Below are positions 40,621-54,287 of a stretch of DNA of 64,000 bases, one piece after another. This DNA is from Octopus sinensis (taxonomy: Eukaryota), in assembly GCF_006345805.1 (NCBI RefSeq), contig NC_043004.1:16864001-16928000 (forward strand), read 5' to 3'. Every line of letters begins with the position of its first letter. Position 1 is the stretch's first letter. The notes beneath the pieces are model-generated. The model had not been told where the DNA came from, did no database searches, and was given only the letters and a program-made list of their open reading frames with translations. Position numbers and translations under genes: made by a program.

Positions 40621-41160
40621 CTAGCAAACCTACCCATCTACGATGGGAAATGAAAAGAGGGTGGAAAATAATAATTACTTTACGTATGAATACTGAAATA
40701 TGGTATGAGAAATGTAACAAAATATAAATAACAGTTGGTTTTGATTATGCTTATGTACATCTTTACATAGTACATATTCATGATATTATTCCGTTTATTC
40801 CGTCTTTGTAAACGATATTTTGTGTTTGATCAACACTAATTTTCAAATTAGCTGTGTCCATTGCTCTGTTCATAGCGATATACAACTGGCCGTGTGTAAA
40901 CATCGGAGTGGGTAGAAACACACCAACACGATCTAAAGTCTAACCTTGAGACTTGTTAGCTGTGAATGAGAAGGCTGGTTTGATTGGAAACTGCTTGCGT
41001 CGTAATTGGAAGGGAAGCTGGTTGTCGGAGGGTATCAGTAGTATCCGTGGTATGAACAGGCAATTACCACCGTGAGGGTCAATCGCTAACACTGCCTCGA
41101 AGACGTGAGAATTATATCTACTGTACAAATTGAAACTCCATTCCTAGAACAAAATTCTTC
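40621..41160 (-). mobile_element. Helitron 3' end (PIF1-like helicase C-terminus, subterminal hairpin, CTAG)
   Basis: LFIPRILLIPSDNQLPFQLRRKQFPIKPAFSFTANKSQG*TLDRVGVFLPTPMFTHGQLYIAMNR..TQNIVYKD. Hairpin CCCATC/GATGGG (40633-40647) lies 8 nt before CTAG|T (40624-40621). Confidence 0.85.
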
Positions 41161-41174
41161 CATAGCTGGTTTTC

Positions 41175-41600
41175 CTCTTTTACACACTTTCTACAAAGCT
41201 CAGGTTAGACCCAAAATGGAATATTTCCCCTTCATCTGGGATGATATTTGATATTTCTGCAGAGGAAGGCATCGGACACTGCGTCCAAAGGTCTCCCGCG
41301 ACTGATTGGCAACGAGTTGCTCACCAGCATACAACAACCCCTATCTCACAGACTTGTTGTCTTTCCACTCTACCTTTCCGATCGCTACTAGATGTTCTCC
41401 AGCTAACTCCACATCTATCTCCATCTGACTCATTCACTGTCTGTCCTATCTTCAAACGCAATACGATCCACTATGATTAATCATGTCTTTCCAAACCTCA
41501 CGCCTATGGATTTCCTCCACACCATCTTTGTCTCACAGATACTGACATGCTGTATCACAGAACATAAACAACATTGTTCTCAGCGTTTTCGGAGAACTTT
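41175..41600 (+). pseudogene. CR1/L2-group LINE RT C-terminal fragment
   Basis: LLHTFYKAQVRPKMEYFPFIW and RLIGNELLTSIQQPLSHRLVV. Confidence 0.7.
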
Positions 41601-41772
41601 TGCAGTCTGGGGGCAGAACTACTTCCTCTATATTAAACCACTAGGAGCACAAGATGGAAAAACTATTTGGTACTTCAGCACAATATGGATGATATTCTTA
41701 GATAGCAAAACGTTAAGGAATGATGATTATGTAAACTAGATATGTAGGTTTGAAGTATATACCCGTTTTTTT

Positions 41773-42402
41773 TATCTTTCTCTTGTTTTAGTCATTAGAC
41801 TATGACCTTGCTGGAGCACTTGCCTTAAAGGGTTTAATCGGACAACTCGACCACAGAATATATTTTCTTTTTCGATCTGGCATTTATTCTATCGGTTTCT
41901 TTGGCCTCGAACCGCTAAGCTACGGAGACGTAAACGAACACGCAGCTGTTGTCAAGCGGCAGGAGACAAACACGAACAGAAAGATACACACATATGTATA
42001 TATATATATAGGAGCACGACGATGAGAATCCCAGCTGATAAGATCACCGGAATTAACGTGCAAGTGGCTGAGCACTCCACAGATTCAGCGTGACACAGAG
42101 TGTGACAAGGCTGGCCCTTTGAAATGCAGTTACTACTCAAATTTGCCAGCTGAGAGGACTGGAGCAACATGAAATAAAGTGACTTGCTCAAGGAAACAAC
42201 GCTTCAACGGTAAAGGAACTCACGGCCTTACGAACGTGAGCCGAATGCCGTAACCACTAAGCCACGTGCCTTCACTATATTTATATATAAACGGATTTAC
42301 ACGCAGTTTCCCATCTACCAAATTTACAATGGTCTGCCCATGGCGATAGTAGAAGACATTTGCTCAAGTTGCCGCACAGCGGGCCTGAACTCAAAACATG
42401 CC
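41773..42402 (-). mobile_element. SINE family B interrupted by a nested family C copy
   Basis: Tail half 41773-42005; head half ~42295-42402. Confidence 0.7.
42011..42271 (-). mobile_element. SINE family C nested in the (TA)n of a family B copy
   Basis: Head AGGCACGTGGCTTAGTGGTTA, then CCTTGAGCAAGTCACTTTA core-like segment. Confidence 0.75.
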
Positions 42403-42449
42403 CATCTCAGGAATTTTTCTACCTGTAGGAAAAGAGACCATTAATATGA

Positions 42450-42606
42450 TTGGTTGCTGGAATTTGGAGAAGGGGAATAAGTCAATTACATCCATAAATT
42501 CACTGAATATCGACGCTGGCGGAATTTGAACTCGCAGCGTAAAAACAGACGATAAGTCACGAAGTATTTCCCCCGGCGTGCTAACGGTTCTGCCAGCTCA
42601 CCGCCT
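42450..42606 (-). mobile_element. SINE family A with internal deletion
   Basis: Head AGGCGGTGAGCTGGCAGAACCGTTAGCACGCCGG. Confidence 0.7.
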
Positions 42607-44158
42607 AAACGCAGTAATTAATATCAAAACAGAAAAGGAGTAATCAGTTTGAAATAATTAGGCATCCGTTGTTTGTCATTTAAGTCAAAATTCTGATTAA
42701 TACTTATCACCTAATACATTTACATTTAAAATTATCAATTAGTTTTGCTATTAATGGATTTCCATGATCGAAATTAATTTCTCTCCTGTAGGTTTTGCGT
42801 TATTTTCTTTAGAAATTTGGGGAACTTTACATGAAATTCAGTTAGATCGTTCAGGTTTACCTGATATCATCATTGAAAAATGGCCTTAACCGGAGGGGGT
42901 AATATTTGATATTTTTGTTTAAATCGGACAGGAAAGATCTTAAGATTATCGCTGTAAGTAATACAAATGCATTGATGCATCATCTATAAATTTAATCTAT
43001 TAGCAATGTTATACTGTTCGAGAAATTCAACTTTTCAATCGATTCTAATCGATCTGTTTGACTTCTTTATTTTATTAGTGAGGCTTCGAGACTAATGATT
43101 ACATTCCACTTGTAGATACTCAACAGCGATGCAATTTCCTAATCAATTCGCCAAAGAAATGTCTGAGATATCTGTTTGTTTTTCTGTCTATTCGTAACTT
43201 GCTCTGACTTCATAATTTTTCGTTTTTATTTTTTATTATTACTTTACTTGTTTCTCATTTTACGTTGATTGCAATGCAAATGTATTTCTTGTTCTTTTAT
43301 TTTCATTGTGGCTTCATAAATGTGAACATTTTACTGGAACACAATACATTTTATTTCTGTCACTTAATGAAATTGTCTATTAGTGACTAGGAAAGAATGA
43401 CTAATTTTATTTTGAATGCAACGGAAAATGCCTAAACGCCATTGAAAGCAATTAAAGTTAATTATCTAAACTTTTCTAATATTCCCATTTTTATTGCAGT
43501 ATTTATTTTTCAATTTGTTCGACTTTTATACATTTTTATCATTGCAGTTTCTAAATTTGTATCTTCCTTACATTTTACACATATTTGAGATATTTCAAAC
43601 CACAGTTAAGCTCATCCTATCGCATTCTCTGACAAACAACAAACAGGGTTGTTATTTAAAGACGTTTTTTTCCTCTCTCGTTATACAGATGAGAGACAAA
43701 CCTCATTTTACAATATAGCCCTAGACCATTGATTAGATGGAAATGCTGCAAAATAGACAGATGCAGCTATTTCTAGGACTTGATCTGAAGTAAGGAAACA
43801 AAACAGTGTTTGCAATAGATAATCTGCTCTGGGCACATCTGCCAAGCACCATTTTAAGAACAGTCAAAATCGCCAAATCAATTCGGCAACAGCGTTTCAC
43901 TTTTTACATGAATTGCAGCTAAAATTTCCTTGAAGTCATTTAAGTAATCCAATTAAATTTTCATTTGAATTTCATTGGTTTCTTCCCTTATATTATCAAT
44001 TATTTAAGCATTCTATCTATTGTTGCTCTGAAATCTAGATACTTATTATATTCCACAAGGAGTTGTAATATTATGTTATAAATACATATATACGCTTATG
44101 TATATGTGTGTGTGTGTGTGTGTGTGTATACATACATATACATAAGCGTATATATGTA

Positions 44159-44201
<43 letters not shown>

Positions 44202-44279
44202 TATATATTATATATATATATACATCTATGCATATACAGAGAGATAGAAAGAGAGAGCCATCTACAAATCACACTTAGC

Positions 44280-44326
<47 letters not shown>

Positions 44327-44828
44327 TATGCATATACAGAGAGATAGAGAGAGAGAGAGCCATCTACAAATCACACTTAGCATATAAATATCGCTGACGA
44401 GCATCATGGTATAGTTTTTGTTTGAGAGAAGATTCCTACATTGGCATCCTGGGATAAAAACACAATATATATCGTAGCGAGATAAGCATCGTCCCAACAG
44501 TAACTTACATGAAAGTCGTCAGTAGCGTCTCGACTTCTTTGAGCTATATCAAAGACATATACTTACTAATCACGTGTCTAGAAGAACTGCTAGCTGTGAA
44601 TGAAAGCAAAACGCGTTTGATGTTCTCGTGGGTTATTGCTAAGGCTAGGTTCGATCCTTTCTCCGATATATATATACTGTGTTCTGTAAACGGTATGTCT
44701 ATGAGGAAATTTTCTCTCAGACAAAAACCACAGCACTGTGCCTGCCAAGAATGTATATACATTAATATGATACATAGATGATTATTTTAACTTAATGCTC
44801 TTACATTGATATATACATGCATACATAC

Positions 44829-44876
<48 letters not shown>

Positions 44877-44997
44877 ATGTGTGTGTGTGTCTGTATTAGA
44901 TGTTAATAAACCATCTAAGGGATAATAAATATCCAATATACTACTGGATTTTATATACTCTCCATTTTCTTACTTGCTTTATATATATATATATATT

Positions 44998-45028
<31 letters not shown>

Positions 45029-46779
45029 GTGTGCGCTCATGTGTGTGTATGTGTGTGTGTGTGCGTATGTTGTGTGAGGTACGGTATTGCATTACTCTGT
45101 TCTTTGATAATAAAAATAGAATATTGATTAAAATATATATTCTGTTGTTACTTGAGTAATTAATTACTTTACAAGGTGATTAGACGGTAATTGATGCACT
45201 ATTTTAATAAATAATGATCTCTTAGTCAGCTACTTTTATCAGATATTGTTTTATCTAGAGAAGCAAAATAATGAGAAATATTTGCGACCATTCTGAAAAT
45301 TCCAATATATGTTTTTATTTCCTTAATTTTGAAATAAAGAAGTATTTTCAGAACGGGCGTTACTCTAGGGAGGTTTTGAGTATAAGATTGATATATAACG
45401 TGTAATATCACCCCTCACGCAAGATCAGACACACATCAAAATTAAAAAGAGTCTATGGTTCTACAGAATTCTTCCCCACCATAGTCAAATCCCTGTGTGG
45501 GAATTGTCCATTGATTCGGTATGTCATTCAAATCAACTTTTATCTTTAGTGTATTTGATATATTTTTAAAAATTTATACATTTCATATTTGTGATACATA
45601 TATTTTAATTCATTTTAATACGTTTGAACAATTCATACATTTTGAATATATTTATGTATTTAATACTCTCTTAATATTCTTTTTGTATATTCAAAATGAG
45701 TTCAATATTAACGGAGGGATGAAAATGGAGCAGGCTGGAGATAACGCCAGAAATCGTTAGCTCAAATTCGGCATTATGTTCACCTTTGAGTGACGATTAT
45801 TTTGGTAAATAGGATTACCGATGTTCATGTACCTTTTAGCTCGTGGTTGATAAAACTGGACTTTTCAGGTGTAACAGTGCTTCTCTCGAAGTAGGCACGA
45901 TAAAATTAACCCCAACATTGTATACCTGTATTCAACCATGTCACGTTGTTATACGATTCTACTAGATGATATACTCTTATGATTTGAAGAAAGCTGTCAA
46001 GAAAATGTGATTATCGGAACTTAGAATGGGGAAACTTTCAGGATGGAAGTTCTTACTTTATCACAGTGACGGCTGTTTTCTGAGATTTTAAACAACTATA
46101 ACATTTATATTGCTGTCTCTTAGTGAAACTCGTTCTTTTTTTTTTTTTTTTTTGGCATAGCACACTTGGAAGAAGTAGGAGTTTTTTATTGAATAGGCGG
46201 ATAATAAAATGAAACTAGGTCATCCGATGATGGTATGTAATAAAAACTACCATTTCAAAATCATCACTTCCCCAAGATGGTATAATGGCTCGAGAAGTAA
46301 ATATGAAGGAAAGGAACTACATCTTTAATAAGCTGCTATATTCTAACCTTTGTAGTGAATTCGTCAAAGACTCCATTGTCTTTTTGATACCAAGCGTTCT
46401 CCATTTTCAAAAGATTCTCATAAAAGCAAGTTCCTTCAAAACCGTGACTTTTGTACCAGAGTAGGCTCCAATCCTGATACTTGATCTGATGTATTGGTAA
46501 GTAGAGAGTAGTCAAAATGTATTATCATGACCTGCGTCTGCTGCTCTTATATAATAAATTTAACATCTCAAGCACAGACACACAGTTCTCGCAACCTAAC
46601 AATTAGAAAACAACTTGCAATGACTGATATTTAATTGATTACTGGACAAAGTGTGTTCACTCTTTTGTTCTCTACTTGTTAATGGTTATCAGATGATCGT
46701 TTGTTGCGCAGCAAAGTCTCTTTCATAGTTACTGGAAAACAACGGAATTAGAAATATCAAAGCTCCTAGATGTATAAAT

Positions 46780-47260
46780 GTCAATCACTGAATGTTAAGG
46801 ATAGAAAAAACTAAGCCCTCAGATAAATGAGATTCAAATGTAGCAGGAAATGTCGAAGAATCGTGGAAGTACTTCACAGAAGCAGAATACTCTGTCTTCT
46901 GGGAAATATTTGGATTACTCTGTCGTAAGCGCCAGAATTGATTTCCTGAGAACAACCTTGATGGTATGTCTCTCGAAGGTTAAACATACAATAACCACAA
47001 ATATTGAACATCAGATAGAAAAATGTGAAGCGTAAAAAAACACTGCTCTTACTAAAGAGATCTGAGCCTATGATTTTAAGAGAAATAGTGCGAGCGCAGA
47101 AAGCAACTACAATTCAATAAATAGTAGAGAAGGCTATTGAGGCATTGTAGGACAGTTTTAAAAGATTTGATTGATCAGATATCAGTAGTTCAGCTCGGTT
47201 TTCAATACAGATTGTACAAAACTGATGACTGAAAAAATCTGAGATTTTTACAAAAGTGGA
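46780..47260 (+). pseudogene. Possible very old L1/Tx1 apurinic-endonuclease fragment
   Basis: Scattered motifs across frames (SLNVKD, DYSVVSA, KDLIDQ..YRL); weak. Confidence 0.3.
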
Positions 47261-47610
47261 ACGTGTACTTTGAGATTGTTTAGAATGTTCAGTCATAACT
47301 TGGCGAGAATATTCATCAGTTTTACAAAGAGAAATAGTAGAATTCACATTAATCTATGTTTAATAAAGTTCATACCTCAATAAGAAAATGACGCATTTTA
47401 ATTCTCCAGCATAATATGATCTGCTTCTCAAAGTCTATGAATGTAAAACGCGGGAGGGACGGGACTTTTTAGTGCGGCGGGCAAAAAATTCCAATGAAAA
47501 GATCCGTGGGCGGACCACAAGTTCTAACTCTTGTATCTGTGTAAATCTTGTTTATATCTATGCATAATTCGATAATTGTACTCTTTCACCACAACTTTCT
47601 GTCACTCTTA

Positions 47611-47809
47611 CTTCCTGTTTCTGTTGTACCTGTATTTCAAAGGGCCGGCCTTGTCACTCTCTGTGTCACGCTGAATATCCCCGAGAACTACGTTAAGGGT
47701 ACACGTGTCTGTGGAGTGCTCAGCCACTTACACGTTAATTTCACGAGCAGGCTGTTCCGTTGATCGGATCAACCGGAACCCTCGTCGTCGTAACCGATGG
47801 AGTGCTTCC
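47611..47809 (+). mobile_element. SINE family C body and tail
   Basis: Matches the 3' part of 28209-28520. Confidence 0.7.
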
Positions 47810-48368
47810 AGAATTCGATATACATTAATAAAAATAGGTTTGACACGTTAAATTAACGCATAACATCGTTATCAAGGCCGCCACTGAATTTAGGACGTTT
47901 ATATTACTTATCAAGTATTCTATAATTTTCAACAAGAGTGTAGTTGGGTCTCAAGGGGGTGGTATAAACCTAGCAATATGTGTTTTATAGTGAAAACAAA
48001 ATTTCCATTCAAGTGGAACACTGTTAGAACACCGAATACTGCGTTATTAGCCTTGAGAGATCCTCTCATATAGATGTTTGGTGCATAAAGACACACACAC
48101 GGACGCGCACACACACACACATGTACAGATCGTAGCAGACGAGAATCGTTTGTCATCACTGTTGGAATTCACATATCACGTGTTTTCATTTTACTGCAAA
48201 TCATCAGTGCAAGGAGTCCGGTCACCACAGGCCAGTCAAGTCCCGTTGCTTCGATATACAGCATATCAACATCTTTACAAACACTGGTGTCGCAAATAGC
48301 CAGCAAGCTATTTAAAAATTGTTTGCAACGGAAGGACCAAAAGGTAATCTTTATCTCCATATTGTAGC

Positions 48369-48764
48369 TTTTATCTGTTACTTGTTTCAGTCATAAGACC
48401 GTGTCCATGCTGGGGCACCGCCTTGAAGAATTTTTAGTCGATTGAATCGACCCCAATATTTTTCACATTTTAAGCCTGGTGCTTACTCTATTGATCTCTT
48501 TCCCGAACTGATAAGTTACGGGGGCATAAACATACCAACACCGGTTGTCAAACTGTGATGGGTAACAAAATTTACGTGGTGGACAAAATATATATATACG
48601 ACGGGCTTCTCTCAGTTTCCGTCTACCAAGTCTACTCACGAGGCTTTGGTCGGTCCGAAGCTATAATGGAAGACACCTGCCCAATGTGCCACCCACTGGA
48701 ACTGAGCCCGGTACCATGTGGTTGGGAAGCAAACTACTTACCATGCAGCCACTCCTGCGCCTAT
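48369..48764 (-). mobile_element. SINE family B, full length
   Basis: Head and tail as in other copies. Confidence 0.85.
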
Positions 48765-49573
48765 ACATATAGATATTCTTATATAATCTAACCCTTTTTA
48801 GGACCCTTAAATTCAATATCTTCGTCTTCTGGCATCCGAAATTCCTGTATTTATCCGATGAGGCCTAAATACATTTAAAATAAGTCTCGGTGGAATCGAA
48901 AGAACAACGTTGTCTGAACGTGGACAAGTTATTCCAAAAGCTCGTTCTTTGATGCTGCAAGCAGTGGCGACATACAGTACTTCTGGAATATAATTTATAA
49001 CAAACATGAAATAAACGAGTTTAAGCTTGATGATAATATATGTGTTTTTATATTTAATTTTTTTAGAAGATTAATTACATCCAGTTTACTTCATTGCTTC
49101 GAGCGTAATTAATATTAACTGCTCTGAGGCCATTGAATTGTTAACAAAAACAACTTGGTGTTTGAACTTACAGTTTTGAAACACTTGATTAAACACTCCA
49201 CAACCTTCTGTGCACTTATGTCTAAGCTAAAGTACTGACGAATCTAAGGGCCTATGGAAGATTGGCTTGATTTAATTTAATCAGGTTAGTTTACCATTAA
49301 ACAGTAGATGAAACGGTGCATCGTATAAGAAATTACAGGGTAAATGTTTTTTAATTTTCTCCTGGTTTACGGAATTAATGTTATTTTGCGGTTGAAGCTT
49401 TGGCTGTTATTTCTAGTGGGTGAATGGCCTATTATGGCCGTTCCTTGATTGTGATGTTGAACTTAAAAATGGTCTATGACTATTTAATTTTTTCCCACTA
49501 GGCCGCTGGTGGCAAAAAAATTCTACAAAAGTTTTTGCCACCCTATATTGATTAATATATATATATATATATA

Positions 49574-49615
<42 letters not shown>

Positions 49616-49620
49616 ATATA

Positions 49621-49673
<53 letters not shown>

Positions 49674-49679
49674 GTTATA

Positions 49680-49722
<43 letters not shown>

Positions 49723-49923
49723 GTTATATGTGTGTATATATATATATATATATTATATATATATATATACAGGTTATATGTGTGTATATATATATATATA
49801 TATAGGTTATATGTACTCACATATATATGCAGGTTGTATGTATGTGCGAAACAGACATGCACACACACATATATATATACACACATACATATAACCTACA
49901 TAATCATATTTGTATAGATTATA

Positions 49924-49985
<62 letters not shown>

Positions 49986-50180
49986 GTTGATTCGTTAGCT
50001 ACTGCACGCATTTTCTCCTTCTTTCTGTGTTTTTCTCTCTCTCTGTATCTTCTGTTGAAGAGCGTAGGCTCGAAACGTTAAAGACTTGTTTTATTTATAT
50101 TTCCTGAGCGCCATACTAATACAATGTTCGTTTGTTTTCCACCTGCCTTCGTCTTTTGTTTATTTTCATAAAGCTTCCCG

Positions 50181-50183
<3 letters not shown>
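49986..50183 (+). mobile_element. Penelope-like terminal repeat related to family D, between (TA)n tracts
   Basis: Contains an HHR; TTCCTGAGCGCCATACTAATAC resembles family D TTCTTGAGCGTCCAATAATACT. Confidence 0.6.
50048..50084 (+). ncRNA. Minimal type I hammerhead motif, family 2 (A6>U)
   Basis: UCUU-CUGUUGA-A-GAGC(GUAG)GCUC-GAAA-CGUU-AAAGA; palindromic AACGUU intact. Confidence 0.62.
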
Positions 50184-50221
<38 letters not shown>

Positions 50222-50703
50222 TATGTGTGTGTGTGCGTGTGTATGTATCACGTACATGCATGTAGCTTGTATATATATATATGTGTGTGTGTGTACATAT
50301 ATTTTAAATGTGTGTTTATGTAGAAAAAAATGGAAACATAGATAGTTTCAAGATACAACTGAAAATACATCTCGTTGCATATTTTATGTTTCATGTAATG
50401 GAGAATTTGTACATTGCAACATTTAAACAACATTAAAAATGGTGCTAACACAAACGCATCAATTTCCAAATCTATTTAAAAGACATATGCATGCTGAAAA
50501 TACACGGAACCCAATGTTGAAGCTGATTATAAATACATTATACCTGGGGACAAAGGCATGGAGCGTCTAGAACACCAGTTAATATAAATATATAGAATAA
50601 AATGTTTATGTTAATGTAACCCGTTTGCAGTCTTTCAATTATAACTTTTCTTTCCATGAGACTTGTATAAATTGGACTCCAAATAAATGTATATATTATA
50701 TAA

Positions 50704-51120
50704 ATAGGAGTGGCTGTGTGGTAAGTAGCTTGCTTACCTACCACATGGTTCCGGGTACAGTCTCACTGCGTGGTACCTTGGGCAAGTGTCTTCTACTATA
50801 GCTTCGAGTCGACCAAAGCCTTATGAGTGGATTTGGTAGACGGAAACTAAAAGAAGCCCGTCGTATATATGTATATATATATGTGTGTGTTTGTGTGTAT
50901 GAGTGTGTGTGTGTGTGTGTATCTATTTATCCCCCAACATCGTTTGACAACCGATGGTGGTGTGTTTACGTCCCCGTAATCTAGCGTTTCGGCAAAAGAG
51001 ACCGATAGAATAAATACTAGGCTTAAAAGGAATAAGTCCTGGGGTCGATTTGCTCGACTAAAGGCGGTACTCCAGCATGACCACAGTCAAATGACTGAAA
51101 CAAGTAGCAGAGTAAAAGAG
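50704..51120 (+). mobile_element. SINE family B, full length
   Basis: ATAGGAGTGGCTGTGTGGTAAG head to GACTGAAACAAG tail. Confidence 0.9.
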
Positions 51121-51149
51121 AAAATATTACATAGAGCACTCTTATTTAA

Positions 51150-51182
<33 letters not shown>

Positions 51183-51326
51183 TGAGTGTCTGTGTGTATG
51201 GGAGGGTGGATCGAAAAATGTATATATGTACCGATTTGTGTGAGTTTTTGTATATGTATAAAATCAGGCATATATATATATATGCGTGTGTGTGTGGGTG
51301 CTGTATGGATGTATGTATATACATAA

Positions 51327-51595
51327 CCGTCACTTCGTCGGTTACGATGACGAGTGTTTCACTTGGCTCGACCAACTGAACAGCCTGCTTGTGAAATAAA
51401 CGTCTAAGTGGCTGAGCAGTTCTCAACCACGCGTATCCCTAACGTATTTCTTAGGGAGATTCAACGGGAAAGTGAATGGGACAAGGCTGGCCTTTTGAAT
51501 TATATGTAAAACTTATTTTTGCCAGTTCATTGAGACAAGGACACCGCCGGGTTTCAATCCTGAACAGAACACGCTAACCATCAAGCCATGGACCT
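51327..51595 (-). mobile_element. SINE family C, diverged
   Basis: Colinear with other family C copies. Confidence 0.65.
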
Positions 51596-51607
51596 TCATA
51601 TGTGTAC

Positions 51608-51648
<41 letters not shown>

Positions 51649-51651
51649 CAA

Positions 51652-51729
<78 letters not shown>

Positions 51730-51898
51730 TTATAATTTAGTGTATCTAAGAGATACCACCATGCTAGAAATAGCAGCTAAAACTTGAATCTAAAACCACA
51801 TTAAATGAAAATTAAATGAACATTTAATTTGGTTTTAGAGTCAAGCTTTGGCTGCAATTTCCAGCGTGATGTTATCTCTTAGATACCCTAAATTATAA
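51730..51898. mobile_element. Palindromic MITE-like element, ~78-bp arms
   Basis: TTATAATTTAG(T/G)GTATCTAAGAGATA.. arms about 85% complementary, ~13-nt spacer. Confidence 0.75.
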
Positions 51899-52007
51899 TT
51901 TTATTAATAATTATTACCTTTAAATGTTTTTATTCCCATGCTGGACACTTGATACGATCGATATTTAAATAACGATCTTAAACTTATTTATATAAAATAT
52001 ATGATAT

Positions 52008-52063
<56 letters not shown>

Positions 52064-52696
52064 ATAGTTTAGAACAAAACAGTAAGTTGTCATTATAGTA
52101 CTCGGAGTTTCGAACGTCGGAGCGAAGAGCTACGATACATTCTCGTTGGCTATTAATGGCAATAGACGCTATGAAAAACCGTTTTAGATATATTTGGTTT
52201 TAATGGTATTAATCATTCACTTTGACAATGTAAAGGTTAAAGGTTCAAAATTTAGTCCAGTATTTCAAAACTTCGCTATTAGGTGTGTTAGCATTTTTTT
52301 CACTTGCTTTTTAGGCTTCACAAAAGAATTTAATTAAGTGGTATGTTTAAGCTGGACAGTTTCTCACTTGTTGTTACTGTTTGAATTTGGAAGGTGGGGG
52401 TTATTAATCGGTCATGTCCTAGTGTTGTTAATACATTTGTTTGTGCTCTGATGTTCAGAAGAGAATGTCTGTAAGTGCAAAGTTTGTTGGTCTATACGTT
52501 TCTCTCTAGGGCTTCATTCTTTTATAAGTAATTTGATATGTAGAAATTTTAATCCTTAGAATTTTAATACATGTAAATAGATACACAGCCACGCTCATCC
52601 ACATGCACACACTCGCGCACACTGACTCACACACACTTACACGCAGTTGTACATGCAGATATATGCAGCCATCTGTGCGTGTGGGAATGCATCTTC

Positions 52697-53128
52697 ATAG
52701 GCGTGGCTGCGTGGTAAGAAGCCAGGTGCAGGCATGGCTGTGTGGTAAGAAGCTTGCTTCCCAACCACGTAGTTGCGAGTTCAGTCCCGCTGTGTGGTAT
52801 CTTGGGCAAGTGTCTTCTACTATAACCGAGGGCCGAATAAAGCCATGTGATTGAATTTGGTAGACGGAAACTGAAAGAAGACCGTCGTATGTGTGGATGT
52901 CTGTGTGTGGGGGTAGGGGTTTGTCCGTGTCCCCACCATCGCTTGACAAATGAGGTTGGTATGTTTACGTCCCTGTAACTTAGCGGTTCGGCCGAAGAGT
53001 CCAGTAGAATAAGTACCAGGCTTACAAAGAATAAATCCAGGGGTCGATTTCTTCGACTAAAATGCGGTGCTCCATCCTAGCAACAGAAAAATGGCTGAAA
53101 CTATTAAAAGAACAAAAGAACGAAAGAA
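52697..53128 (+). mobile_element. SINE family B with duplicated head
   Basis: A-box segment repeated at 52699 and 52730. Confidence 0.85.
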
Positions 53129-53660
53129 TAAAGGTGTCTGAGTCATTGACAATTTTTCAATGACTCTAAAATCGAAGCTTTTCTCTTGAGAATATGTAAG
53201 ACTTACATTTAAGGGAATACCAACGCACCTAAGGAAAAGACAGAGAGGGATAGAAACAGAGCTTGTTTGTCTTCATGCCATGGTTTATGCGTTGACAACG
53301 CCTAAAATTGTGCGTGTATGGGTGTTACGTGTAGTGTACTTGGTTTATCTGTTCGTGTGTATGAGTCTGTGAATGTATGTATGTGTGTGTTTGTGTGTGT
53401 TTGTGTGTGAGTGAGTGAGTGAGTGAGTGAGTGAGTGAGTGAGTGAGTGAGTGAGGTGGGTGAGTGAGTGAGTAATGGGTGGGTGGGTGGATGTGTGAGT
53501 GAGTGAGTGGAACCGCTAAAAGTGTAAGTGCGCAAATTTAAATGCAGAAGTGAAATGAAATGCATTTATGAATTTATAAATACGCTTTAAAAAATTGGAA
53601 ACGAACAAGAAAATCAGTTAATCATATGTGCACATATATATATATATATATATATCTATA

Positions 53661-53702
<42 letters not shown>

Positions 53703-53807
53703 ATATAGGGGGAAGCTTTACGAAATAAACAAAAGACGAAGGCAGGTAGAGTATATATATATATATATATATACATATATATAGACAGACAAACATAGAT
53801 AGAAGAT

Positions 53808-53874
<67 letters not shown>

Positions 53875-53915
53875 TAAATAGATAGACAGACATATAGACC
53901 GATAGACAGATAGAC

Positions 53916-54014
<99 letters not shown>

Positions 54015-54071
54015 GGATGGATTCTTATATATACATATATTTATAAAAGTAAACTAATTTTACCGCACTGA

Positions 54072-54107
<36 letters not shown>

Positions 54108-54181
54108 TGTATGTATTATGTATGTATGCATGTATGTATGTATATATTTATATATATATCTTTACATATACATATATATAC

Positions 54182-54249
<68 letters not shown>

Positions 54250-54250
54250 C

Positions 54251-54287
<37 letters not shown>

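Noticed and set aside
42812-42960. Exon-like segment between TTTTCTTTAG and GTAAGT
   Set aside because: Stops in all three frames and no other support.
48855-48905. CCGATGAGGCC...GAAAG as a hammerhead
   Set aside because: No partner for stem II and no stem III or triplet.
50704-50775. tRNA gene
   Set aside because: A and B boxes only, no cloverleaf; it continues into a SINE body, as do the other SINE heads.
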